DNA from: Lama glama
Lineage: Eukaryota
NCBI GenBank assembly: GCA_028534125.1
Contig: CM052818.1
Coordinates: 28,336,001 to 28,400,000 of the forward strand
DNA length: 64,000 bases
Direction of reading: 5' to 3'
Shown here piece by piece: positions 37,441 to 50,724 of this stretch (the stretch's first letter is position 1; each line of letters opens with the position of its first letter). The notes under the pieces were generated by a model. That model searched no databases, was not told the origin of the DNA, and saw nothing but the letters and a program-made list of their open reading frames with translations. Both the position numbers and the translations under genes were made by a program.

Positions 37441-40400
37441 AAAAACACACAAACTACACAGAATTTTATTAATTGCATCGATTATTCAAAGTATTATTAA
37501 TAAGATTAATCCCTTTTTCTCCTACTCTACGTTCTATATATTTACGTTAATGCATATGCTTCTTTTTGGATTTATAATCTCTGCGCACATGTGTGGGTGT
37601 GTGTAATGTTTCTTTTCTAAAAATTGATGTAATACATGTTATATAATCTATTTTAAGTATTTATATTTAGCCTACTTCTGAAAAACTTGAGATAACTTGA
37701 ACTTTTGTTGTAAGGCTAAATAGTATAGCTAAGGTTCAGAAGAGAACATGAAAGAAAAGCATGGCATATACTTTATTTCCAGACAGATGAGACAGAGTTA
37801 GGTTTTGCATTTGATCCTAAGTAAGCTTTCTAGATCCCACGTATTCTAAGATCTGGAAAAAAGAGAACTACAATTCATTAAACAAATTTTGCATTCAGGC
37901 AAAATCTGTAAGGCAAATTCCCTTATAGATTTAAGTGATTTCCTTAAAGTAAAGTTAAGGTGGAATTTATGGCAGGCTTCTGTGTTTAAGAGACACAGAT
38001 AAACACAATGGACAATCTGTCGTCTAATAAAAGATAGTACCGCTGTTCAAATGCATGCATCTACTACTGAACTGTATCTTTACAGTTTAGAGGTGAAGGC
38101 ATACTATTAAATGTAGCTCAGTGAGAGGCTGAGGTAATTATGCCTTCAGTTCTGTTGCGTTCTGGTGATCTCAATTACTGTAAGAATTGTAATTTAAGAG
38201 AGCCGAATGGGCATGAAGTCTCTCCATCCACCCATTCTTCCTTGCCAATGTCTTAAGCAAGCATTTAGCAGGTGTTAAATTGCAGTAAATTCATGACTGA
38301 ATTTTCTAACAGGTACCTGAGCGGTGATAATCTATTGCTCTGGTTAAAGTGTGAGTCATATACTTCAATCATTTCTGACACAGGCACTATCGCCACAAAA
38401 GGAAAAAGCAAAAGAAGGCAGATTTTCCCATGTGGTTATAGTAGCAAAATGGGGTGGTGTGGTCAAGCAATGTCCCAAGGTCAAGTAATTATGATTTCAA
38501 ACTGGATCTCCACCTGTCTCAGTCCTGCCTTCAGTAGGTCCACAAAACTCTGCCCCTCCTGCTGTCTCAGCCTCCCAGCAGTACCAAGGAAAACAACTTC
38601 ATTAGAACTGACTGCCTACATTTATTTTAGAGACCATTAAAACTGATACTTCTATACCTAAATCACCACTAGAAACCTGGAATTTTTAGGACATCCTGTA
38701 TCATAAAGACATTCATATTCATTAGACTGCATACTATCATGTGATCCAAAATCTTTTTCTTTCTATTGTGCTCTCTGGAACCCAGTGCCTGTTATTAGCA
38801 AAACCTCACATCAACTGCCTCTCTCTCTCATTTTTTCTCTAATGAAGTGTAGATGTTCCCTGAATGTACTACTGAGCAAGATACAGTCTCATAGTGCTGG
38901 TGTGGTTTTTCCAGTAATCCACCAACAGGTAAACCTAAGGGGGAGGTTTCTTCCTCACTTCTTACTGCCTCTTCCCTAAAACAGAATAAAACACAATAAA
39001 AAGATAGAACAAATTATATGCCAACAGATACATACATGCTCCTTCTAGATGCTAAAAAGCATCTAGACGTTCTGTAATTTCTTAATAACTATTTATTGAT
39101 AAATAAATGAATGAATAAACAAAAAACTTAAGGTAAGAGAAAACAGGTAATAGTGATTCCAAATATGCAGGTATGGTCCAAGGCTTCAGCTGGGAATGAG
39201 GAAACTGGGAAATTATGAAGGCTATGAATAGATAACTGGAAAACCAGAGAAAGTTCTGCAGAATCTAGGAATATGGGTACATGTATCCAGTATTAAAGCA
39301 AATGTATGACTGTTGATTCAGGGCAGGGATCTATTCTTAGCTCTGGTTTTGAGTAGCTCACTGACATGGAAAGACATAGATCCATATTGTGGCAGAGATC
39401 TAAGACATCCCTTAAGCCTTCACTGCCTTTATGAAACAAACTGCATATTACACGCTCAGGCTAGGATTAAATTGATTTGAAGGTCTTATGTGAAGAGGTG
39501 ATATATATAATTTTTTGCTTGACACCTGATAAGACTGCAAGTATAAGAAATAATCATTGTTCTGATAGCAACCCTAAATTATCTTTGAGTTTATGTTTAT
39601 TTTCTTGAGAGAATCTTTAGCATGAAATTAAAAATAAGTAATGTGGGCATCATCCCTTGGTGCTTACTACAACCTCCTAAATCTTACTCTACACCTGGAA
39701 GGGGGTAGACAAACAACAAGCAATCAAAGCAATGTTACCCTATTTCTATGGATAGAATTGTTGGAGAACCATAACACATTGCACTGGCAGATGGGTCCAC
39801 TAGCAATGCCAGCCTTAATGTGTAATGAAAAGAGCATAATTATGGAATGGTAGAGTTCTTCGATTTCTGTTCCTTACTATTCTTGTGACTTCCTACATCA
39901 CAAGATTAATTACTTTTGGCAGCTCTTTCTACATATGTAAAAGCAGGTGATAACATTTATCTGTAAGTTTGTTTTGAAGAGTAAAATATTATATGCAAAG
40001 TTCTAGTTATGTTAATCATCATAACAGATGTTCAAAAATTCTAATTGCCTTCCCCACTCCAGTGTATACCCAATAACTTTTCTTCGTCTACTACATCATA
40101 TTTGCAAATGGCAAATCATTAGACAGAACTTGATAATGTTTAAGTTCTAGTACTATCCTCCCTACCTATCATAGCTTCTTGAAAGTCTTGTACTAACTTA
40201 GACAAGATAAAGGTGGTTAGTAATCACTTGGGGGCTTTTATGACTCCAACAAAATCAAGAGACTGTATTACAGAGACAGTGATGCTTTAAGCTGGTTCAA
40301 GAGAATATACTGTGATTCATGTACATGTAGATCACAGAAACCCATTCTTCCAAGTGTGTAGTGAAAGTGGAAACTACTGAGATGCATCGTTGCCACAGCT

Positions 40401-40858
40401 AAGCATATATTACGAAATCCCTAGAACCTCCCCATTTTTCTACCTCAGATTTTCTTGAGTTAACTCATCTTCACTTTTGAAGTTAAAATTTTAAACCCTA
40501 GAGGTATCCTTATTAGAGATGTAAGTGCCAGCTGACAAAAAGATAAATGCCACAGCTTTCTAAGACTGTGGTCGTTGTGTGCCCACAGACTGCCCGTGAG
40601 CCCAGGGAATACACAAATTGTTCCTCCCTTCAGTGACATATCACAGTGTAAACATATCAACATCTAGCACCAAATTCACTGACTGTCCAGCAAGAGTGAA
40701 TGAAGCTCATGACAGGGAAAACCATCGATCCACTTATAATTACCCTTTGTGGGAAACACTTCAGGACACTCAGCTGCCTAAGTCTTGGGGGAAGGAAAAC
40801 TGAGTTCCTACTAAGATTTTGGAAGCCCTCTTCTTACCTGAACAAACTCAAGAAACTT

Positions 40859-41242
40859 TGTTATGTGCAGAACTGTGTCCCCCCAAGATCCATATATTAA
40901 AGTCTTAACCTCACATACCTCAGAATGTGACTGCATTTGGAGATAGATGTTTAAAGAGATAATTGAGTTAAAATGTGGTCAGTAGGATGGGCCCTAATTA
41001 AATATAGCTGGTGTCCTGATAAGAAGAATTTATGAGCATATACAGGTACAGAGAAAGGCCATGTGAGGACATAGGGAAAAATAGTCATCTATAGCCCAGG
41101 AGAGAGGAATCAGAAGAAATCAACTCTGCTGACAGTTTGATCTTAAACTTCTATCCTCCAGAAATGTGAGAAAACAAATGTCTATTGTTTGAGCTACCTA
41201 GTCTGTGGTAATTTGTTATGGCAGCCCCAGCAAACCGATATG
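40859..41242 (+). mobile_element. MaLR solo LTR (MLT1B-like)
   Basis: tgttatg...cctcagaatgtgactgcatttggagatag...ccatgtgaggaca...tttgttatggcagcccc. Confidence 0.9.
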
Positions 41243-42779
41243 CTCTGCAAGGTGAGTCGGTATATAATGCACTCTAGCAACAATAACTGTAAAATACTGA
41301 GTAGTGAATAGTGTGAGTTGGGAAGAGAATTCTGAAGTATTCTGGTTTGTTTGTAAAGATTAGACTTTTCTTATATTTTACAATCTTAATGAACATTATT
41401 CAGCTTGTAGCTACACATTTTACGTAGTAATTTTCCAAGTTTGGTTACCAATTTTAAAGTTGCTTGGTACATCTTACCAGCTGATACTGGATGTGCTCAT
41501 TTTCAGCTAACTTTCCCACAGACTATAATAAGAAGAAAACAAAATCTGATATACCGCTAGGCAGAGACACTCTGACCACCAATTTGACAAGGAGTAACAG
41601 AATCGCACAAATGAAAAAGGCAATCTTTGTCTTTGGCTTCATCCCTATTAAAAACTTGTTCCTAAGTTCCTTTTTCATTCAGATGCTTGAGTGCTGTGGC
41701 CACTCTGAGGATCAGCCAAGAGAAAATCTGGTGAAAGCCGCGATGAAAGGGACCCATGAAACCAGCTTCAGGGGTGCTGTCAGATAGTCAGTACTCTACT
41801 TCGAAAAGCATCAAGGCTCAAAGTGTGACTGATTTTATTTCACATTATTTTATTTATTTATTTTTCAGATGACACAATCCCAGGCAAAAGCTGAAACCAT
41901 TCATATTGCTTTCTATGTTCCCAGCTGAATTATTAATCTTTCTGTCAAATCTAATTCCTGACCCTTGATTTAATTCTATTTCAGCAGCTGATGCCTCTAT
42001 TAGCCTCGCTGCACTTGAATTCTGTTGCTCCCTTGGCTATAGCCTGCTGAGAAACTGTTTTTCAAACAGGGTACTTAGCAGAAAAGCTCTGTGCTTTATT
42101 GACTCAGATTTTAATTTCAAATAGTATTCTTACTGATCAGGTACTTGAAAACAAATGTTCTGAGAGGTTTCTCTCACACACTGAAAGGTGATTCCCAAAT
42201 CTTATATATATTTAAGCACATAAATTATAAGAAAATCTTTCATTTTTTTCAAAATTTCATTCTTTATACCATTAATAGACTCCTGGTGGAATCAGTGATT
42301 CTAAAGGTGAAAAAATAGCAACTTTAAGAAGGTTGATAGAAGAGAAATATGGATTTGTACCAAAAAAAAAAAGAAGAAGAAGAAGAAATAGAGACTAGGG
42401 CCAGATTTCACTATTTCTGAATATTACATAAGCAAATTAAAATATAAATTTCATGTTTAAGTGAGAGTATGACATAATCCAATAATTAACAAAACATGAT
42501 GTATAGTAGAAGATCAATACAACTGAATTTGATGAGTTTATACTTCAGGACTGCTTCACTAATTTAGCACACACATAGCTGGTGACAGTGCAATATATTG
42601 AACCAATCAGCTAAATTTCCCTAACTCTCATTAGTGTATTATCACCAGTAGTAACATATTTCTAAATTTCCTAGAGCCATGGTGTTTCATAAAGAAAGTT
42701 TTCCTCAGTGTTGCTGAGCATATGAATCAATAAAACATATTGCTATGTCCTTTAGTGAAAATTAAAGCAAAATTACCAG

Positions 42780-42960
42780 TATCTCGTCTAGTCCAATCTC
42801 TTGCTGACTAGTATTTATATAAATATCCTTAAAATTATTGATCCCAATCCCTCTCCTCTAGTGAGAGAATGTATAACAAGAATGGTCGTTCCAATTTTGG
42901 ATGAATCTAATAATTAGAGAATTTCTTCTTACAATGACTCTTTTATAACTCCTCCTGCTA
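42780..42960 (-). mobile_element. CR1/L3 fragment
   Basis: tctagtccaatctc...ttccaattttggatgaatctaataattagagaatttcttctt. Confidence 0.45.
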
Positions 42961-43753
42961 CCCACTGATACTGTGATGACAATGGAAACCACTCAGTAAA
43001 TACATTTTCTTCCTTTGCTACTTGACAGCTCTTGAAATTGCCTGATATCTCCACCTTTAGCTTTCCTTTCTCATTTTCTCCATTGTTCTTCACCTAAAAT
43101 GACTTCTTACTTTCCCTTCATAAACCTGATAACATTCATCTGTACATGTTCTGATATGTTGTTATGTATTTTAAGCTGTTAGCATCTGATGATATCAATG
43201 TATTGATACTTTCCAACACCAAGGGTTTCTTCCCTGGGATTTTTTGTGCATCATCTTTCAGTGATCATAATTAAATCATTCAACAAATATTTGCTGAGTT
43301 GTTTGTAGCTGTCTTTCATTTTGACAGTCACTGGAATCAGAATGATGATTAAAGCACAGTTTTTATCCTCCAGACCCAATCAGTCCAGAAAACAATGTAC
43401 AGTAAACCAGCAATTACAACAGAGTATTAGGGTGAGGTAAACACACCCTACTGTATGAATACTGTAAGAATGTACTGGAACCTAACACATCTTCAAGGCT
43501 TCAAAAACACTTCCCAGGGGAAGTGATAAAGATACATACACTGAATAAGGAAGCGGCCACACAAAGGTCTGGTGATGTCTTCCAGAGACAATGGACTAAG
43601 GGAACAAACAACTAGAAGCAAGAAAAGACATGGTATATTCAAGAACCAGTGAGTCATTTAGAGGGTCTGGAAAGCAGAGGATATGCAGTATGGAATGAGA
43701 CTGTGGCAATAAACAGGGGTTTAACAATGAAGACACTGTATGGCATGATAAAC

Positions 43754-44103
43754 AGTCCATTCAGGCTGTTGCAATAAAATACCACAGACTGGGAGCTTAT
43801 AAATGACAGAAATTTAGTTCCCATGGTTCTCTAGTCTGGAATCTAAGATTAAGGTGCAGAATGGTTGGATTCTGAGAAAAGCTCTCTCCAAACTTGTGAC
43901 TTCTTGCTGTGTCCTTACACAGTGGCTGGGACTTGGGAGCATGGTGGGCCCTCTTTTATAAGGGCACTAAATGCCAATTGTGAGGTCTCTGCCCCCATGA
44001 CCTAATCACTTCTCAAAAACCTTACCACTTAATACTATCACCTTGGGGATTAAGACTGAAATATATGAATTTGGTGAGGGACACAAACATTCAGACCATT
44101 GCA
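43754..44103 (-). mobile_element. MaLR LTR (MLT1A-like)
   Basis: agtccattcaggctg...cttttataagggcactaa...acacaaacattcagaccattgca. Confidence 0.88.
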
Positions 44104-44104
44104 T

Positions 44105-44552
44105 TATATTACTTTACAAGGGCTGCCATAGCAAATTATCACACATTGAGTACCTTAAAATAATAGTAATATATATATAATTTTTTTTTTACAGTTATGG
44201 ATGACAAAAGTACAAAATGAAGGTGCAACAGGACAACATTCTCTTCAAAGAATCTAGGGAAGAATCCATCCTTGACTTTTCCACCTTCTGTGGGCTCAAG
44301 ATGTTCTTTGGCTTATGAGTACATGACTCTGTCTTTGCCTCCATCTTCACATGCCCTCCCCTTTGTGTCTCTGTGTCCTCTTCTCTACTTATAAGAACAC
44401 CATGCAATAAATGTAGGGCCCATTGTAAATCCATGATTATTTCATCCTGAGATCCTTAACAAATTATATCTGTAAAGACCATTTCAAAGTCCACAGTCTG
44501 AAGTTCCAAGTAGACGTGAATTTGGTGGGGAGACACTATTCAACCCACTGCA
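44105..44552 (-). mobile_element. MaLR LTR (MLT1C-like)
   Basis: agggctgccatagcaaatta...tctagggaagaatcc...gacactattcaacccactgca. Confidence 0.88.
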
Positions 44553-44832
44553 GTAAGCACTTGAGATTCTTATCATTATGCAATGAAAAAACACTGTTAA
44601 GACTGTGTAGGGCTTATAAATTAGAACTATCAGAAATGTGTAAGAGCAGGTAGAGGGGGAGTAATCAATTTAGTTTAGCATAAATTGACTTCAACATATT
44701 TGGGGAAATCAATATGGAGATTTTAAAGGGAAGTTGATATACAAGTTTGAGTTTTAATAGAAATATCTAAATTATATGCTGATTATGCCTGCTTGTAATT
44801 CCAAGATGCTTTTTTTTTTTTTCTAATTTACT

Positions 44833-45390
44833 TAGTGTTGAGCTGGAGGCACAACTTATTAGCTTAGAATAGCTAATTGTTAAATATTCAGAAACTGTAT
44901 GAGAACTTGATGACTATTTAGTAGCTTACAATCAGCCAAGTTGACACTATTAATACCATAATAGTCAACAAATGCCACTAGTCATTTTTTTTTTTTTAGT
45001 TTGTTTCAAAACTGTAGTATCCAGAAACCTAACCTTAGGAGCTCACACTCTCATGGGAACTGGTGAAGATAAGCATAATAGGTGAGATACAAAACCAAGT
45101 ATTTTAGGATTGAGAATAAAGATATATCTTCATCAAGGTGGTAGAAAGCACTTTGGTTTACTGTATTGCATTTTTATTTAAATAAGTCATTATTTAATAC
45201 AATAAAACAAGTTTTTAAAAAATTCAGATTTCAGGTGAGACTCTTTTTCCCAAAAGGAACTATAGCAGACTAAATGAATTGCTATTCACTAAGCTCCTTT
45301 GGTCCTTGTGAAGAAATATAAAAACAAGGTGTGTTTTCTTTGGAAAGAGAACCAGTTGTTAAATGTGCCAATTTTACCAGTGCCTGATGG
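44833..45390 (+). mobile_element. hAT-Blackjack DNA transposon, MER63-like
   Basis: cttagtgttgagctggag...attgttaaatattcagaa...gtagcttacaatcagcca; 3' end gagaaccagttgttaaa...tttaccag. Confidence 0.55.
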
Positions 45391-45426
45391 AATCAAATGA
45401 TAGAAAGATGAATCACCCATTCAATA

Positions 45427-46123
45427 CAGTATCAGAATTAAGGTGAAGAGAGTGAGGTGCTCACCTGGGGCACAAAATTAAGACAGTGCCACCAGCATCA
45501 CCAACAGCACCACCACAACAAAGAAAACCAGTAGTTAAGGTACATAACATTTAAGACCATCAAAATTAATTGGGAAAATCCATGATGAATAAAATATTAA
45601 AAATAAAGACGGGATCTGACAAGTCATGTTGATCCTGAGGCAAAAAGCAAAGCAAAAAAAAAAAAAAAGGCCCCTATATATACATGCTTTTATATTTTTA
45701 AAATATTTGATTTCTCCAGAAAATTAAAGTAGTACAAAAATATTTTTAAAAGGGAAATTAGGTGTATTAGAACTCACAAGATTATTTTAATTTTAAAATC
45801 CTCACTTCTACTAAAAATATTATTATTTTATATGTTTTTAAACATTTTTTTCCAAAAGTAGATTTTAAAGATATTACTGTTGGATGTGCTTTCTTTAAAA
45901 GCAAGAAACTAAAATTACTTATACAAAAAACATCTTTTATTTTGTCTAAGGATCTAACCATTGGGCTAACAAAATGTTTATATTTTGATATTTTAAATTA
46001 TCAAAAGAAGAATAATTTTGACATCAAGTGGTACTCGTCTGGGTTTCTGAGTTTTTCTGGCATCCCTGTAAAAGTTGCACCTAATGTAGGTGCCTCATTT
46101 CCCCCAACCTAGTCTTGTTTCTG
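45427..46123 (+). mobile_element. hAT-Tip100 non-autonomous DNA transposon, MER96B-like, with long TIRs
   Basis: CAG...CTG termini and ~65-bp degenerate inverted repeats; internal atcaaaattaat...aaaatccatgatgaataaaatat matches MER96B as recalled. Confidence 0.7.
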
Positions 46124-47711
46124 AAGAGAGAACTTGAACACTGAATAAACATGATGGTAATCATTCACTCCTGTAGGCTTAAGGTTCAAATCAATATCAA
46201 TTACCTTTATAAGGAATTTTATGTTTATAGACCTTTAAGAGGAAATACTTTCTTGGACATGAAGTCAGAAAACATATAATTAATTAACTCACAGTGATTA
46301 TGAAATCTCCCATAATTCCCAGATGGTATTCAGTAACGCATTTAGCTCAGGAAAGATTTTCCAGTAAAATCACCAAAGATTCATATGAAATCACCCACAA
46401 ACACAAGCAAACTCACAGAATTTTGACAATATTTCATTATTCTTGTCACCTGTCCTGAATATTTCTGATTTCCTATGGGGAATGCTAAATTATTTTTAAA
46501 ATCTACTTGTATGTTTTAAAAAGAGTGCATTTTTAACAGTTCAGTTAAGTTCCATTTTCTTAATAGAGTCCTAGTCTTAAATTGTGACCCAAATAATCTA
46601 TGATACGGGGGTTATCTATATTCCTATTCACAACCCACACCAACAAGTCATTTGTACTTAATGTGTATAATCTTTATTACAGATTTTCTCTTCAATTATT
46701 ACTGACTACTTACTAATGACCTCAACATTCATTATCTTTTAAGTGAATAATTTTATTAAAAGACTATCTATATTATTGTTACTATATCTGGAATTACTGT
46801 CTTATCTGGGGACAATATATATTCACAAGAATTGCCTTTTAGTCTTATTTTATGGGTCATGTAAATTAAAATATAATTTACCTTAACTCACCTTTTCAAA
46901 GAACATATCAATTTCTCCCTAACCATTTGATCATTACCAGCCCACCTAGTCTGATGCGCTGCTCTACACAGTCCTTCCTGTACTTAGATGTCTTTCAAAG
47001 GCCTAAATTGAACAACAACTTTCTCAATTCATGACCAAACCCATAGATTTCTACCTGGTGAGTTAGATCCATTCAGTTAGATTAGTACATATCATATCAA
47101 GCAATTCACTTCATTTGTACGTGTTTTTCGTAAACATGAAAGGTCACAAATAGACAAAATGGATATAGAATTGGACAAAATCTGGGAGACATATTTTACT
47201 GAAACTACAACATGGGATAGCTTATTGCTGGCATGAAATTCAGAGAGTCAATTCACTATCTTTCATGCCCAATATTTTTCCCTGGATATTTCACTAGAAT
47301 TTGCCAAGCAAGCTTCATGGCCAAACTAGACACATCTGCTGAGAGCACCTTAATTTGGATTCTTGGCTTTGAATCTGAACACCTGGTTGCAGGTGATTCT
47401 GGAACCCTGTGCTTATTTTCCTGGCACATGTCAAAGGATGATAACACAAGTTAACCCTGGAACAGAATCAGGTAACCAAATGTGAACTCCAGGTCCTTTG
47501 GATTGAGTCCAGGGTTCTGTGTTAACAGCATGAAATCATTAACTGATACCGTTGCCGTTGCATGTGTTTCTTTTAAAAGAAAAAAGAAAGACTTTATTAT
47601 GTTTGTTCTCTGGAAACTTCAGCAAGATTAGAACAACTTGAACTAGTCCAATAATAATAAGAATAACAATAATAATGACTTACACAAGCTGAGCACTAAT
47701 TATTGGGGAAT

Positions 47712-47973
47712 GGTATAGTTTAGCATCTACAAATCCAGGCTGTGGGGAACCCCTGTGGACCCTGACATGGGATTCAAACACCACATATATCACTTATTAA
47801 CTGTGTATCTGCAGTGAGTCATTTAACTTTTATATGCCTCAGTCACTTATCTACGAAATGGTAATAAAAGTAGTACCTAACTCCCAAGGTTGATTCAGGG
47901 ATCAAATGAGTTAATACACATAAAATACAGTAGGACTATGGCTGGTATATATAAGTGCTCAATAAATACTACC
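47712..47973 (+). mobile_element. Near full-length MIR, flanked by antisense MIR pieces (to ~48390)
   Basis: gtcatttaactttttatatgcctcagt-like core...gtagtacctaactc...aaatgagttaatac...aagtgctcaataaata. Confidence 0.8.
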
Positions 47974-48460
47974 TGTGGTCCTGCAATGGTGCTAAAGAAC
48001 CAATCTATTTCATATTTCCAGAAGTCTTATTATGAAGATACAATTAACTTGAAAATTTACATAATAAGTCATTCTAGTGATGAAGAAAACTTGGTTTAGA
48101 AAGTTTAAATCACTTTGTTAACCTAAAAACCATACAGCTAATAATTGGAATGCCTGGGTTTGAACCTGAGATTTGTATAACTTTGGACTATAGAGATTTC
48201 CAAACCATCATCATCATCATCATCATTCTCTACAACTGTACCTTGCTTCTCAGTTTACAGAGTACTTTACACAACCTCGTTTGATCTCCATAGCCACATC
48301 ACAAAGTAGGCAGAACAAATATTGTTATCCTTATTTCAAATACTGGAAAAAAATCTGAATCTTAGAAATTTCACATAATACTAAGTACCAGAAAGATTCC
48401 TGTGATCTCTCTCTAAGGCATCACTCACACACCATTCCCTTAGTGGATGCTAACCAATTA

Positions 48461-49045
48461 AGAAGATAAATCTCTTCAGCAAATGGTGTTGGGAAAACTG
48501 GACAGCTGTATGTAAATCAATGAAGTTAGAACACTCCTGCACACCACACACAAAAATAAACTCAAAATGGCTTAAAGACTTACACATAAAACAAGGTATC
48601 ATAAACTTCCTAGAAGAAAACATAGGCAAAAGATTATCTGACACAAATCTCAGCAATGTTCTCCTAGGGCAGTCTACCCAAGCAATAGAAATAAAAGCAA
48701 AAATAAACAAATGGGATCGAATTAAATTTATAAGCTTTTGCACAGCAAAGGAAACCATAAGCAAAACAAAATGACAACCTACAGAATGGGAGAAAATATT
48801 TGCAAAAGATGAGACTGACAAGGGCTTAATTTCCAGAATATATAATTAGCTCATACAACTTAATAAGAAAAAAACGAATAGCCCAATCCAAAAATGGGCA
48901 GAAGACCTAAATAAGCAATACTCCAATGAAGGCATACAAATGGCCAACAGTCACACAAAAAATGCTTAATATCACTAATTATCAGAGAAATGCAAATCAA
49001 AACTACAAAGAGATATCACCTCACACCAGTCAGAATGGCCATCAT
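48461..49045 (+). mobile_element. Young L1 ORF2 C-terminal fragment running into the assembly gap
   Basis: ORF 48520..48774 ([10 protein letters not shown]...KINKWDRIKFISFCTAKETISK) and [18 protein letters not shown]. Confidence 0.95.
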
Positions 49046-49545
49046 NNNNNNNNNNNNNNNNNNNNNNNNNNNNNNNNNNNNNNNNNNNNNNNNNNNNNNN
49101 NNNNNNNNNNNNNNNNNNNNNNNNNNNNNNNNNNNNNNNNNNNNNNNNNNNNNNNNNNNNNNNNNNNNNNNNNNNNNNNNNNNNNNNNNNNNNNNNNNNN
49201 NNNNNNNNNNNNNNNNNNNNNNNNNNNNNNNNNNNNNNNNNNNNNNNNNNNNNNNNNNNNNNNNNNNNNNNNNNNNNNNNNNNNNNNNNNNNNNNNNNNN
49301 NNNNNNNNNNNNNNNNNNNNNNNNNNNNNNNNNNNNNNNNNNNNNNNNNNNNNNNNNNNNNNNNNNNNNNNNNNNNNNNNNNNNNNNNNNNNNNNNNNNN
49401 NNNNNNNNNNNNNNNNNNNNNNNNNNNNNNNNNNNNNNNNNNNNNNNNNNNNNNNNNNNNNNNNNNNNNNNNNNNNNNNNNNNNNNNNNNNNNNNNNNNN
49501 NNNNNNNNNNNNNNNNNNNNNNNNNNNNNNNNNNNNNNNNNNNNN
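49046..49545. other. Assembly gap (500 N)
   Basis: Seen directly. Confidence 1.
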
Positions 49546-49725
49546 TGCATCTCTCTTCATGAGGTCAGTTTTATCTATCCTTTTAATCTCTGGTTGTTGT
49601 TGTTTTTAAGTTTTTATATTGATTAAGATAACACTGGCCTTATTTTCTGCTTCATTTATTCATACTTTTCCTTTTATTTTTTGCTCTCTTCTGTTCACTT
49701 TGGGTTTTGTTTGCTCTTTTTTCTG
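49546..49725 (-). mobile_element. Old L1 ORF2 fragment
   Basis: tcagttttatctatcctttt...ttctgttcactttgggttttgtttgctcttttttct. Confidence 0.55.
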
Positions 49726-49779
49726 TGGTGAGCTCACTATATACCTAAAGTTAAATAATGATTTACATCAATATGCACC

Positions 49780-50100
49780 AAAAATAAGTGCTGCGCATTG
49801 TAGGATAAAAGGAAACAGAAGTGTGGGGAAAAGTTACTGGAATGTACTGGTGGAAGAAAAAGAAATTTATGTAAAATTTGTAAAAGCAGGAAGATCATAT
49901 AATGTCATAAGAATTAGTGAAAATACTCTAAGAAGGGGAAATGGCATTAACAAAGATATAGTTTAGGAATAGTTAGGAGATAGTGAGGCAATTGGTTTTA
50001 GTTATTTGTGTGTGGTCCAGTTGAAGATAAAGTTGAAGAGAGAAAATTGTCTTCAGTGTTCAATAAAGGAATTGACTTTATCCTTATATCTATGCTCAGT
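49780..50100 (-). mobile_element. L2 fragment
   Basis: aataagtgctg...ggaaatggcattaacaaagatatag...ttgactttatcct. Confidence 0.5.
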
Positions 50101-50724
50101 GATGAATATTTATGTACTGCATTCAAAAAATGAGGACTAGCTTTTCCACTGAAAATAAATGTAAGCCTCAGGCACCTAGCTGAGAGTTAGAGAAGCAGAC
50201 AAAGAAATAAAGAAATCATAGCCTTAGAAAACTGTCTAAAATCAGTAGGTAGTAAAGACCCACACTAAATCCTAGAAGCTGAGGAAAACTAATCCTAGTG
50301 CCCTATTCAGCCAGAACTGGAATACCGAATAAGATTAAAAATATACTGAATTGCCAAATATGGCCTGTGGAAGTTCATATTTGAAACAGATGTGGGAGTA
50401 GCTAAAGGTAAGAAAAAAATAGAAATTTTAAGTGTTAAGAAGAGTATAAAATAAAAAGCAGTAAATCTGTTTCTTGGACATAACATACCTAAAATATTTT
50501 TTGGTGTACAGATTAACTGAATGCAGCAAAAGCCTATTTTTATTTACTGACTTGATAAATATTTTACTTAGTATTTTGCTGAATATTTATTATCTTTATA
50601 TATACTGGGTGGATCTATATGCATTGTCCTCACTTCCACACCTTTCATGTATGTACCATTGTCACTCATGTGGTATGGGATGAGTAGGCAGAGACTTCCA
50701 AAACAGACATAATTTTTAAAAAAG

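Larger units (their letters stand above)
43275..44770 (-). mobile_element. L2 LINE interrupted by two MaLR LTRs
   Basis: tcattcaacaaatatttgctgag terminus; body resumes after 44552. Confidence 0.7.

Noticed and set aside
39044..39067. Perfect 10-bp hairpin tctagatgct-aaaa-agcatctaga
   Set aside because: Roughly one such stem is expected by chance in 64 kb of AT-rich DNA; too short for a pre-miRNA
41670..41900. Two plus-strand acceptor-like sites (ttcattcag, tttttcag) with short ORFs
   Set aside because: No convincing donors; peptides unrecognisable
48926..49609. Long ORFs of 172-227 aa
   Set aside because: Artefacts of translating through the N gap
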